Of a stretch of 59,959 nucleotides of DNA, positions 28,956 through 37,896 are shown piece by piece. The notes under the pieces were generated by a model. The model searched no databases and was not told where the DNA came from. It saw nothing but the letters and a program-made list of their open reading frames with translations. Numbering within the stretch: position 1 is the stretch's first letter; each line of letters opens with the position of its first letter. The translations under genes and the position numbers were made by a program. The DNA lies in the NCBI GenBank assembly GCA_041666865.1, contig JBAYGD010000016.1, positions 1 to 59,959 of the forward strand, written 5' to 3'. The DNA is from Candidatus Omnitrophota bacterium. Lineage in GTDB: Bacteria > Omnitrophota > Omnitrophia > Omnitrophales > Aquincolibacteriaceae.

Positions 28956-30230
28956 ATGACCTTTCCCTTTCTTTGGGGCGCCGCGACGAGTTCCCATCAG
29001 GTGGAAGGTGAGAACACCCTCAACGACTGGTGGGAATGGGAGCGCGCCGGCCGCCTGAAGGAGTCTTCCGGCCTGGCGTGCGATCATTACCGCCGCTACG
29101 GCGCGGACTTCGATCTCGTATCCGAACTCGGACACAATGCCCACCGGTTTTCCATCGAATGGAGCCGGCTTGAGCCTGTGGAGGGCCGGTGGGACGAGGC
29201 AGCTTTCGCCCATTACGAAGATGTCCTGAAAACCCTGCGCGCAAAGCGCATCGAGCCGGTCGTGACCCTGCATCACTTCACGAACCCTCTGTGGTTTGCC
29301 CGCAGGGGGGGATGGGCGAACCCCGCCTGCGTGACGGCGTTCGCGCGCTACGTGCGCCGCGCGGCCGAGGCCTTCGGAAAATATGTCCGCATCTGGATCA
29401 CGATCAACGAGCCGACCATTTACGTTTATCACGCGCATCTTGCCGGACTGTGGCCGCCCGGTGGAAAATCGCTCAAAGAAGGCGCCGCAGTTTTCCGGAA
29501 CATGCTTTTCGCTCACGCCGAGGCCTACCGGGAAATCCACCGCCTCTATGAAACGAAGTCATGGCCCCGGCCGTGGGTTTCTTTTTCGCAGTACGCGACC
29601 CGTTATGAGCCCTGCCGGCCGGAATTCTTTGCGGACCGGTGGGCGGCCTCTTTCCGGAATGAGTCGCTGAACCACCTTTTCGTCAAAAGCGCGCTCGAGG
29701 GGTTTTTGTTCTTTCCGGGGTTCTTCTGTGAATTTTTACCGGTTCGCAAAACCCTGGATTTTATCGGCCTCAATTACTACATGAGCCAGTTCGTGCGCGT
29801 CTCGGGGCTTTGGGGTGCGAAGCTCGCGGGCGAGTCCTGCGATGAGGCGCACCACGCCGGCCGCGTGCGGGAGCGAAACGCCATGAACTGGCCGGTGGAT
29901 CCCGAAGGGTTTGGCCGCTTGCTCGTCGACTTCGGGCGCTACGGCCTGCCCATCCTCGTCACCGAAAACGGCATCTGCGCGGCCGATGACGAGCAGCGCT
30001 CGCGCTTTATCCGCGAGCATCTCGGCGCGCTCGCTCGCGCGAGGGAAGCCGGCGCGCGCGTGAGCGGCTATTTTTACTGGTCGCTCCTCGATAATTTCGA
30101 GTGGGCCCACGGTTTTGGCCCGCGCTTCGGGATCGTGGAAGTCGATTATGCGACGCAGGAACGAAAAGTGCGAAGAAGCGCTCAGGTTCTGAGCACATTG
30201 TGCCGACAATTAGAACGCCATGGGACATAA
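28956..30230 (+). CDS. GH1 family beta-glucosidase
   Basis: FLWGAATSSHQVEG, the acid/base motif TINEP and the nucleophile motif VTENG. Confidence 0.9.
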   Translation: MTFPFLWGAATSSHQVEGENTLNDWWEWERAGRLKESSGLACDHYRRYGADFDLVSELGHNAHRFSIEWSRLEPVEGRWDEAAFAHYEDVLKTLRAKRIEPVVTLHHFTNPLWFARRGGWANPACVTAFARYVRRAAEAFGKYVRIWITINEPTIYVYHAHLAGLWPPGGKSLKEGAAVFRNMLFAHAEAYREIHRLYETKSWPRPWVSFSQYATRYEPCRPEFFADRWAASFRNESLNHLFVKSALEGFLFFPGFFCEFLPVRKTLDFIGLNYYMSQFVRVSGLWGAKLAGESCDEAHHAGRVRERNAMNWPVDPEGFGRLLVDFGRYGLPILVTENGICAADDEQRSRFIREHLGALARAREAGARVSGYFYWSLLDNFEWAHGFGPRFGIVEVDYATQERKVRRSAQVLSTLCRQLERHGT

Positions 30231-30876
30231 CGTGCAAAAAGACCTGTTTCAAGCCACCCCCAGCGTCCTCCAGAGGGTTCAGACCGTCCAGAAACAGACG
30301 GCTTTTTTGGAACGATGCCGCTTTTCCGTGCGGCTCGACCAGGCTGTCGTGTGTGCGATCGGTCTGGTCGTGCTTTATGCGATCGTTTTTTCGGCCGGAG
30401 TCGAGACCGGCAAGGGCATCGCGCGCCGGGAGCTTACCCCAACCTTACCGGAGGGGATCGCGTCGGTCGACGCCAAGGCAGGAGAACTCATGAATATGCC
30501 GGCGGCAGTGACGGGGCAGCCAGCCGCCCAAAGCGGGGATGAGCTGGTGAGGGGTGGCGTGGCCTTGGAGCCGGGCCTTCGGATCACGGCCGAGGGTCCC
30601 GCGCCGGTTGAAGCCCCTTCGGAGGCCAAACCTGCCGGCAATTATACGATCCAGATCCTGACGACCACGGACAGAACAGAGGCTGAACGGCGCGTGAAGT
30701 CCCTTGACGCCAAGGGGCTTAAGGCGTTTTTTGCCGAAAATGGCAAGTTCATGGTCGTTTGCGTGGACGCCTTCGAATCCTTCCAGAAGGCCAAGCTGGC
30801 CCTCAAGGGCATGAAGTCGCAGGGCGCGGTTCCCGCCGACGCCTATATCCGTTCTCTTCCCAAAAGCGTCGCTTAG
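30220..30876 (+). CDS. SPOR domain membrane protein
   Basis: One TM segment and a C-terminal SPOR-like fold (YTIQILTTTDRTEAERRVKSLDAKGLKAFF...FESFQKAKLAL). Confidence 0.65.
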   Translation: MGHNVQKDLFQATPSVLQRVQTVQKQTAFLERCRFSVRLDQAVVCAIGLVVLYAIVFSAGVETGKGIARRELTPTLPEGIASVDAKAGELMNMPAAVTGQPAAQSGDELVRGGVALEPGLRITAEGPAPVEAPSEAKPAGNYTIQILTTTDRTEAERRVKSLDAKGLKAFFAENGKFMVVCVDAFESFQKAKLALKGMKSQGAVPADAYIRSLPKSVA

Positions 30877-30920
30877 CTTTTTCTGCTTCGGTTCCCGAAC
30901 CCTCTGGAATATAATCCGTT

Positions 30921-32666
30921 ATGAAAATTTCTCATCTTGCGCTGCCGGGCATTGTGCTCACGGCGCTCGCGCTGCGCTTATACGGGATCGATTTCGGCCT
31001 TCCGCATCTTTACCATGCCGATGAGCCGGTTATCGTCAATCACGCCATGGCGTACGGAGCGGGGGACCTGAACCCGCATTTTTTCCGGATCCCGCCGCTT
31101 GTGAGCTATCTTCTTTCCCTTCTGTACGGATTTTTCTTTCTCGCCGGAAAGGCCGTGTCGCTTTTCGATTCGGTCCGCGATTTTGAGGTTGCTTTTTACA
31201 GGGACCCGAGCGCTTTCTATTTTCTTGCCCGTACCGTTTTCGGGGCGTTACTGGGGACGCTTACCGTTGTCGTCCTGTATTGGACTTTGACCGCTTTCGG
31301 CCGGCGGGTTGCGCTTACCGGTGCTTTTTTTATGGCGGTTTGTTTTTTGCACGTTCGTGACAGCCATTATATCTATGTGGACATCCCCCTGGTTTTTGTC
31401 CTTACGGTCGCCTTCGGAGTCTTTTTTCGTTTGGCGCAGGCGCGTGAGCACCCGGGAGAGTCCCTCCGTCTCCATCTGACCGCAGGAGCTCTCATCGGAC
31501 TGGCCGCGGCCGTCAAATACAACGGTGTTTTTCTTGTCCTCCCGTATCTTGTTGCGACGTTCGTCCCGGAGCGGGCCGGTGCCGAGGGAGCGCGGGAGGG
31601 CCGGGGATCCGCTGTCCAAACCCTCCGGTGCTGTGCGCTCGCAGCCCTCGCCGCTTTTCTCACCTATGCCGTTCTCAATCCCTACAGTCTGATCGATTTC
31701 CGTTTTTTTCTCGCGGAGATGGGAAGCGAAGCGGCGGCCCATCCCGGGACCGGCTGGCTCCATCATTTCCGGTATTCTCTGGCCGGCGGCATCGGATGGC
31801 CTTTGCTCGGCGCGGCCTGCTGCGGCCTGATCCGATCCTTTTTCGTTCGGGACGTCCGCCGGTGGGCCATGGCGGCTTTCCTCCTGGGCTATTACGTTTT
31901 GATCGCGCGATTTGGCCAGCATCCCGAGCGCTATGTGCTTCCGCTGCTGCCGTGCGTCCTCTTTTTTGCCGCAGATTTTGCGGCTTGGGCGACCGGCCGG
32001 CTGACCCCGGGCTCATGGGCGCTTGTTTTGGCCTCGGCTGTTCTCTCGGCGCCGACTCTTGTGTCGAGCGTGCTCGTGGTCCGGCTGGCCGTTCGAGCCG
32101 ATACGAGAACACAGGCGCTTGACTGGATTAAAACGAATGTTCCATCTTCGAGCGCCATCGCGCTTGATACGGCGATGTTCATGCCGCGCCTGGAATTTGT
32201 CCGGGACCAGTTGGCTGTAAAGCGCCACGAGGCCGCACACGGGGCTTCCTTTTCCTCTGCCCGCCTGCGTAAGCTCGAGTACCAGCTCAGCCGGCCCGAT
32301 GCCGCCCGGCGGGGCTATTCTCTTTTTTTTATGTCAAAAAATTCGGCGGCCGAAGCGCCCCTTTACGCAAAGCCCGCCGTGCCTTATGACTGGGCCAAGC
32401 TCCGGGAAAACGGGGCCCAGTTCGCGGTGCTTGCGAAGACCGATCCCGAGGCATGGCAGTCGCCTTTTTTCCTGGCCTTGGACGCTCATGCGGTCCGGGT
32501 GACGGGGTGGAATCCTTACCGAAACCAAAAAATCGCGTTCAGCATGGACCCGTATGCCGTGACCGGCCTGCCTTTCCTTTTGGCTGACCTGTGGGCCCGT
32601 GACGATCCCGGCCCGCCCCTTGAAATTTACCGGTTGTCCCGCCAATCCCACGGAGAGGAAACCTAA
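30921..32666 (+). CDS. GT-C fold polytopic glycosyltransferase (GT39/ArnT/PMT_2-like) no. 1
   Basis: More than 10 predicted TM segments with an N-terminal LRLYGIDFGLPHLYHADEP loop typical of PMT_2-type enzymes. A perfect TATAAT lies at 30910-30915. Confidence 0.6.
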   Translation: MKISHLALPGIVLTALALRLYGIDFGLPHLYHADEPVIVNHAMAYGAGDLNPHFFRIPPLVSYLLSLLYGFFFLAGKAVSLFDSVRDFEVAFYRDPSAFYFLARTVFGALLGTLTVVVLYWTLTAFGRRVALTGAFFMAVCFLHVRDSHYIYVDIPLVFVLTVAFGVFFRLAQAREHPGESLRLHLTAGALIGLAAAVKYNGVFLVLPYLVATFVPERAGAEGAREGRGSAVQTLRCCALAALAAFLTYAVLNPYSLIDFRFFLAEMGSEAAAHPGTGWLHHFRYSLAGGIGWPLLGAACCGLIRSFFVRDVRRWAMAAFLLGYYVLIARFGQHPERYVLPLLPCVLFFAADFAAWATGRLTPGSWALVLASAVLSAPTLVSSVLVVRLAVRADTRTQALDWIKTNVPSSSAIALDTAMFMPRLEFVRDQLAVKRHEAAHGASFSSARLRKLEYQLSRPDAARRGYSLFFMSKNSAAEAPLYAKPAVPYDWAKLRENGAQFAVLAKTDPEAWQSPFFLALDAHAVRVTGWNPYRNQKIAFSMDPYAVTGLPFLLADLWARDDPGPPLEIYRLSRQSHGEET

Positions 32667-32675
32667 ACGATTCCG

Positions 32676-33773
32676 ATGAAGAGAAACCTGATCCTAGCCT
32701 GTTTTTCCGTGATCTTTGCTCTGATCTTCGCTGAGGGAGTGCTCCGGGTTTTACCCTCGCAGCCCCGTGCGGCCAAGCCGGCTCAGGGGCCGAAGACGGA
32801 TTGGGTGAATGTTCCCGAACGCGTCTGGACCGAATATCACCCCCAGTTGGGCTGGTATCACATGAAGAACAAGAAGGCGGTGCTTCCCGTCGGTGGCCGT
32901 GAGGTCGAAGTCCATACCAATGCCGCCGGTTTCCGGGGCGTCCGGGAGTATGAGACCGTGAAGCCCGCGGGTACGACGCGCCTCCTCGTTCTCGGAGACA
33001 GCTTTCCGTTCGGTTTCGGCGTCGGCGACACGGAATCGTTTCCCGCGGTCCTGGAGGCGGAGGATCCGAAGCGCGAAGTCCTGAATTTGAGCGTGCCCGG
33101 CTACGGCATTGACCAGATGCTCGTGGCTTGGAGGATCCTCGGTGCGCTGTACCAGCCGGATATTGTTCTGATAGGGATCTTCCCCGAGGACTTTTGGCGC
33201 TGCACTCGCGCCTTTGCGGATTCCGGCCACGCCAAGCCGTATTTTTTCCTGTCCGGAGACGGCCGGCTCGAGCTGAAAAATGTTCCGGTGCCGCCGCAGT
33301 ATCAATTGAACGCGGGGCAATTTCCCGAGCTGATACGACCGCGATGGCTCGGACGTTTGCTTGGGCATAGCGTGGTTTACCGTTTGGCCCAAAAGGGGCT
33401 GACTCGCCTCGCCAAGAACCTCGGTTTGATCGATCCCGACACCGAAACCGAATGGATCGTGGGGAGGGCCATTTTGAGGACACTCGTGACCGAGATCCGG
33501 CAGAGGGGGGCACGGCCGGTTCTTTTCATCTTACCTCCCGACCGCTGGGCTCAGACCCAAAGAAAAGATTCCCTCCTCAAATCTTTGTACCGCTTTTCAA
33601 GGCAGGAAGATGTCGAGATGATCGATCCGACCGGGGCGTTTTACGACGCGATCCGGCAGTCCTCTCTGGCGGACTACTACATTCAGGGCGACGGGCATTG
33701 GACGCCCCGCGGCCATCGCCTTGCCGCACAAATCATTGGCCGCTATTTCAAATGGGAGGTCCGCTCAAGATGA
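32676..33773 (+). CDS. SGNH/GDSL hydrolase family protein
   Basis: N-terminal anchor, block I LVLGDSFPFGFG and block V DGHWTPRGH. Confidence 0.6.
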   Translation: MKRNLILACFSVIFALIFAEGVLRVLPSQPRAAKPAQGPKTDWVNVPERVWTEYHPQLGWYHMKNKKAVLPVGGREVEVHTNAAGFRGVREYETVKPAGTTRLLVLGDSFPFGFGVGDTESFPAVLEAEDPKREVLNLSVPGYGIDQMLVAWRILGALYQPDIVLIGIFPEDFWRCTRAFADSGHAKPYFFLSGDGRLELKNVPVPPQYQLNAGQFPELIRPRWLGRLLGHSVVYRLAQKGLTRLAKNLGLIDPDTETEWIVGRAILRTLVTEIRQRGARPVLFILPPDRWAQTQRKDSLLKSLYRFSRQEDVEMIDPTGAFYDAIRQSSLADYYIQGDGHWTPRGHRLAAQIIGRYFKWEVRSR

Positions 33774-35506
33774 ACAGCCGCCGGTGGATGGTCTTTTTCG
33801 GTTCTCTTGCCGCGTGCGCGGCGCCGTGGTGGGCTTCTCATGTTCGGACGATCGGCGATCACAATTCCTTTTTGACCTCGGATTCCGTTTGTCTTCTGGG
33901 ATTATCGCTGATGGGCGCGCTTGCGGGATCCCGATTCTTGCCGGATGCCGTCGCGCCTTTTTGCGAACGTTCGTTACGGCGCTGGTTTCCGTCTCCGGCG
34001 CTATGGGCGTTGGCCAGTCTGCCGCTGCTTCTTTTGGCTTTGTTCTTTATGAACCAAAAAGTTCTCCACGCCTTCATCAGTTCGGCGGACGAACACTCGT
34101 GCTATTTTCTGGCGGAGTGCCTGCGCAGGGGGAAGCTCTTTGTCGAGACCCCTCCGCTGTCTGAGTTTTTCAGCGTCGTGCATGTCGGCAACAAGGGAGG
34201 CAAATGGTTCAGCGTCTATCCTCCGGGATGGCCGCTGATTTGGAGCTTTGGCCTGAGGTGTGGGATCAGCGACTGGCTCAATCCTGCGATGTCGGCGCTT
34301 TCGCTGGTCTTTTTTTATTTTGTGGCCAAGAAACTTTTTTCGCGGTCGGCTGCCGGATTGGGGTTCGCCTTGACGGCCCTTTCGCCCTTTTTTCTTTTCA
34401 CGGGTGCTTCCTATTTTTCACACGGAACTTGTCTGCTCGCAATCTCCGTCTTTTTGTGGGCCTTCGTTGAATGGCAAAGGACGGAGAGCGAAACGGGCCG
34501 GGTGGTTTGGGCCGGGATCGCGGCCTTCGCGGTCGGATACGGTCTGATGACCCGCTATCTGACCATGGCCGCCGTTGCGGGGCCTTTTCTTCTCTACCAT
34601 TTTTTGCATTGCCTTGAGCACACCGGGCGTTCCTCCGGGACAACCGGGGTTTCATGGGTTCTCGGGTGGCGCCTCAAATTGCGCCGCTCCGAATGGGTCT
34701 TTGTCTCCGTTGTGCTGGCTTTCATGCTCCTGATTCTCTGGCAGAACTATCAGGTGAGCGGCACTCCCCTTAAGGCCCCGAACAAATACGACAAGTCCTG
34801 GGAGCGCCTCGGGTTTAAACGGGGGCACTACACGCCCGTCGACGGGTTCTTTTATCTCCTCGCGCGCATTTTTTACCTGATGGACTGGTTCGCTCCGCCG
34901 ATCGTGGGGGCGTATCTATTTTTGATCTTCCGCAAGCCGTGTGGGCTTCGAGAGGACAAGCGAAGCCGATTCTCTCTCCAAACGATTTTTAGCCTAACCC
35001 CTGTCTTTTTAGCGCTGGCCTATTTTCTCTATTATTCCTGGGGCGGTAACCAGTGGGGGCCTCGGTACTGGTGGGAGGGGATGCCGTTCCTTGCGGTCGC
35101 CGTCGCGGACCGGTTGGTCCGGATGTGGCGGGAGCGCGGCGTCCGGGTCCAAAAATTCATTCTTGTTTTTATCGCCGCGTCCTTTGCCTCGTCGGGAATC
35201 CTTTTTGCTAAGCACGCGGAATTTACCGAGGAAGCCAGCCGTCAGCGCCGTGCGCTGTACGATGCGGCCGTAAAAACGACCCAAGGCCCCGCGATCGTTT
35301 TTATCAAGGGATTTTTAGGCGACAAGCTCGTGATGTCGGAGGACGATGCCGTCCGCAATTCACCCTTTCTGAACGGCCCCATCCTCTACGCCCATGATTT
35401 GGGCCCGCGAAACGGGGAGCTCAAGAAGTATTTTCCGGACCGGACGTTCTACCGCGGGACCTATGACCGGGAAAAAAATCGAGCGGTGATCGAAAGGATT
35501 GTGTAA
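33770..35506 (+). CDS. GT-C fold polytopic glycosyltransferase-like membrane protein no. 2
   Basis: Multi-TM protein with an ADEHSCYFLAE loop. The ATGA overlap with the SGNH gene sets the start, and the longer 33452 start is a frame extension. Confidence 0.5.
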   Translation: MNSRRWMVFFGSLAACAAPWWASHVRTIGDHNSFLTSDSVCLLGLSLMGALAGSRFLPDAVAPFCERSLRRWFPSPALWALASLPLLLLALFFMNQKVLHAFISSADEHSCYFLAECLRRGKLFVETPPLSEFFSVVHVGNKGGKWFSVYPPGWPLIWSFGLRCGISDWLNPAMSALSLVFFYFVAKKLFSRSAAGLGFALTALSPFFLFTGASYFSHGTCLLAISVFLWAFVEWQRTESETGRVVWAGIAAFAVGYGLMTRYLTMAAVAGPFLLYHFLHCLEHTGRSSGTTGVSWVLGWRLKLRRSEWVFVSVVLAFMLLILWQNYQVSGTPLKAPNKYDKSWERLGFKRGHYTPVDGFFYLLARIFYLMDWFAPPIVGAYLFLIFRKPCGLREDKRSRFSLQTIFSLTPVFLALAYFLYYSWGGNQWGPRYWWEGMPFLAVAVADRLVRMWRERGVRVQKFILVFIAASFASSGILFAKHAEFTEEASRQRRALYDAAVKTTQGPAIVFIKGFLGDKLVMSEDDAVRNSPFLNGPILYAHDLGPRNGELKKYFPDRTFYRGTYDREKNRAVIERIV

Positions 35507-35566
35507 AATACACTTTTTTAGCCTTGAAGGCCCTTCTTGGGGCGTTGGAAGACCGGGAGCAATGAG

Positions 35567-37096
35567 ATGAAAGTTGTACTTTTACGGCCGCCGATCGTTC
35601 AGCTGAGGACGAATTTGAGCTCCTACGGGGCCATCCTTCCCATCGGCTTGAGCTACATTGCCGCCGTGGTGCGTGCCGCCGGGCATTCGGTGGAGGTGAT
35701 CGATGCGCCGGGGGAGGCGCCACACACTTTGACGGTCAGGCCCAGTCCGGTGGGCGAACTCACCTTCCAGGGCTTGATGCCCGACGAACTTGTGGCACGC
35801 ATACCGGAAACCACCCAGGTTTTGGGCGTCACACACATGTTTCTCCACGAGTGGCCGATTATCCGGGAGATTCTGGAAAAGGTCAAAAAACGGTTTCCCC
35901 ACATCCAGGTTGTCCTGGGCGGCGAAAACGCGACGGCGTATTGGAGAGAGATTTTTACCGAAACGGACACAGTGGATTATTGCGTTTTGGGGGAGGGCGA
36001 GCAGTCGATTTTGGAGCTTCTTGACCGGATTGGTGCCGTGCGCGACGTCCGAGGCCTTCCCGGGGTCGTTGGCCGGGAGGAAGGCGTTGATCAGGCGGTC
36101 GTGGAAAGGCCGAGGATCCGGGAGATCGCGAAACTTCCGAGGCCTGCCTGGGATCTATTTCCCGTCGAGAGTTATCTCACGTTGGAAGACACCCACGGGG
36201 TCCACCGCGGCCGGTCGATGCCGATATTGGCTACGCGCGGCTGCCCCTTTGATTGTACTTTTTGCTCGAGTCCAAAAATGTGGACCCGCCTTTACGGAAC
36301 CCGGCCGCCGGCAGACGTGGTGGCCGAGATCCGTGACTATGTCCAAAAATACCGAGTGGCCAATATCAACTTTTGCGATTTGACGGCGATTGTCCGCAAG
36401 GAATGGATCGTGGAATTTTGCGACTGCCTGGCCGAGCAGAATTTTTCGGTGACCTGGCAGCTTCCTACGGGGACCCGCACCGAGGTTCTGGACGATGAGG
36501 TCCTGGCCAAAATGGTCAAGACCGGGTGCCGGAATATCACCTATGCCCCCGAGAGCGGCTCACGCCGTATGCTTCAGCTGATGAAAAAAAAGGTGGACCT
36601 CGAGAGCCTCTTGCGCTCGCTGAGCTCGGCGGTCCGCGCCCGCCTGGTCACCCGCGTCAACATCATCATCGGTCATCCCCGGGAAACGAGACGGGATACG
36701 TGGCAGTCGTTCCTTTTTCTTGTGAGGGCCGCTTGGCTGGGATGCGATGACACGGCGGTCATGATTTTCGCCCCTTATCCGGGCAGCGAAGATACGCGCA
36801 ACCTCATCGCTGAAACCGGGCTGCGCTTTGGCCAGGACTACTACTACCTGCCGCTGGCGCGTTCGGGCTGGAGCAGCCGCACTTACAACCCGGTGATGTC
36901 CACGGGAGAACTGATTTTCTGGCAATACCTGATGCTCGTTGCCTTTTACGCCACCGCCTATTTGACGAGGCCCTGGAGGATTTGGAAGGCCTTCTGTGCT
37001 TTCACAGGCCTGAGCGGGGAGGCGACCCAGTTGGACCAGCTGCTGCGCACGAAGTTCAAAAGCCGCGGCGCCGAAGTCGTGAACCGAGGAGCGTAA
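35567..37096 (+). CDS. B12-binding domain radical SAM protein no. 1
   Basis: N-terminal Rossmann-like B12-binding-type region (MKVVLLRPP...IGLSYIAA) and the CxxxCxxC cluster ATRGCPFDCTFCSS. Confidence 0.85.
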   Translation: MKVVLLRPPIVQLRTNLSSYGAILPIGLSYIAAVVRAAGHSVEVIDAPGEAPHTLTVRPSPVGELTFQGLMPDELVARIPETTQVLGVTHMFLHEWPIIREILEKVKKRFPHIQVVLGGENATAYWREIFTETDTVDYCVLGEGEQSILELLDRIGAVRDVRGLPGVVGREEGVDQAVVERPRIREIAKLPRPAWDLFPVESYLTLEDTHGVHRGRSMPILATRGCPFDCTFCSSPKMWTRLYGTRPPADVVAEIRDYVQKYRVANINFCDLTAIVRKEWIVEFCDCLAEQNFSVTWQLPTGTRTEVLDDEVLAKMVKTGCRNITYAPESGSRRMLQLMKKKVDLESLLRSLSSAVRARLVTRVNIIIGHPRETRRDTWQSFLFLVRAAWLGCDDTAVMIFAPYPGSEDTRNLIAETGLRFGQDYYYLPLARSGWSSRTYNPVMSTGELIFWQYLMLVAFYATAYLTRPWRIWKAFCAFTGLSGEATQLDQLLRTKFKSRGAEVVNRGA

Positions 37097-37098
37097 GC

Positions 37099-37896
37099 AT
37101 GATCAAAGGGAAGAAGATTATCGTGACGATGCCCGCCTATAATGCGGAAGATACGCTGGAGAAGACTTACCGGGAGATCCCGCGGGATGTCGTGGATGAG
37201 GTGATCCTTGTGGATGACGCCAGCAAAGACCGCACCATGGAGGTTGCGGCCAGACTCGGAGTGGATGTGACGATCCAGCACAAAAAAAACCTCGGCTACG
37301 GAGGGAATCAAAAGACCTGTTACACCGAAGCCCTCCGGCGGGGCGCCGACATCGTCATTATGCTTCATCCCGATTACCAATATACGCCCGCTTTGATTGA
37401 GCCGCTTGCATGGCTGATTGCTCATGAGACGTATGATTTTGCCTTCGGCTCGCGCATCCTGGGCAGCAGCACGCTCAGCGGAGGAATGCCGCTTTACAAG
37501 TTTGTGGCCAACCGGACGCTCAGCCTGCTGGAGAACATCGTTCTCTGGCAGCATGTTTCGGAGTATCACTCGGGGTACCGCGCTTTTTCGCGGAGGGTTT
37601 TGGAAACGGTGCCGTTTATGAATAATTCCGACAACTTTGTCTTCGATAACGAAATTCTGGCCCAGGTCTTTTACGCGGGCTTTCGCGTCGGGGAGATTTC
37701 CTGCCCGACGAAGTATTTTCCCGAGGCCTCCTCCATCAGCTTCAAAAATAGCGTGCGCTACGGAATGGGGGTTGTCCGGACCATGCTCAAGTACCGTTTG
37801 AAGTGTATGCGACTTCTGCACCCGAAGATCTTCGCCGGCATGTCGCGCCATATGGCGGCGTCCGAACGCGCCGCGGCTGCAGGTCATGCGGCCTAA
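37099..37896 (+). CDS. GT2 glycosyltransferase, polyprenyl-phosphate sugar synthase-like (CsbB/GtrB/ArnC type)
   Basis: IVTMPAYNAEDTL, VDDASKDRT and the short soluble GT2 architecture. It lies directly upstream of, and overlaps, the YfhO gene. Confidence 0.8.
   Translation: MIKGKKIIVTMPAYNAEDTLEKTYREIPRDVVDEVILVDDASKDRTMEVAARLGVDVTIQHKKNLGYGGNQKTCYTEALRRGADIVIMLHPDYQYTPALIEPLAWLIAHETYDFAFGSRILGSSTLSGGMPLYKFVANRTLSLLENIVLWQHVSEYHSGYRAFSRRVLETVPFMNNSDNFVFDNEILAQVFYAGFRVGEISCPTKYFPEASSISFKNSVRYGMGVVRTMLKYRLKCMRLLHPKIFAGMSRHMAASERAAAAGHAA

Noticed and set aside
35507-35566. Cobalamin riboswitches were considered ahead of the two B12-type radical SAM genes.
   Set aside because: The spacers are 60 nt and 0 nt (overlap) respectively, which is too short. 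No B12-box-like sequence was seen.
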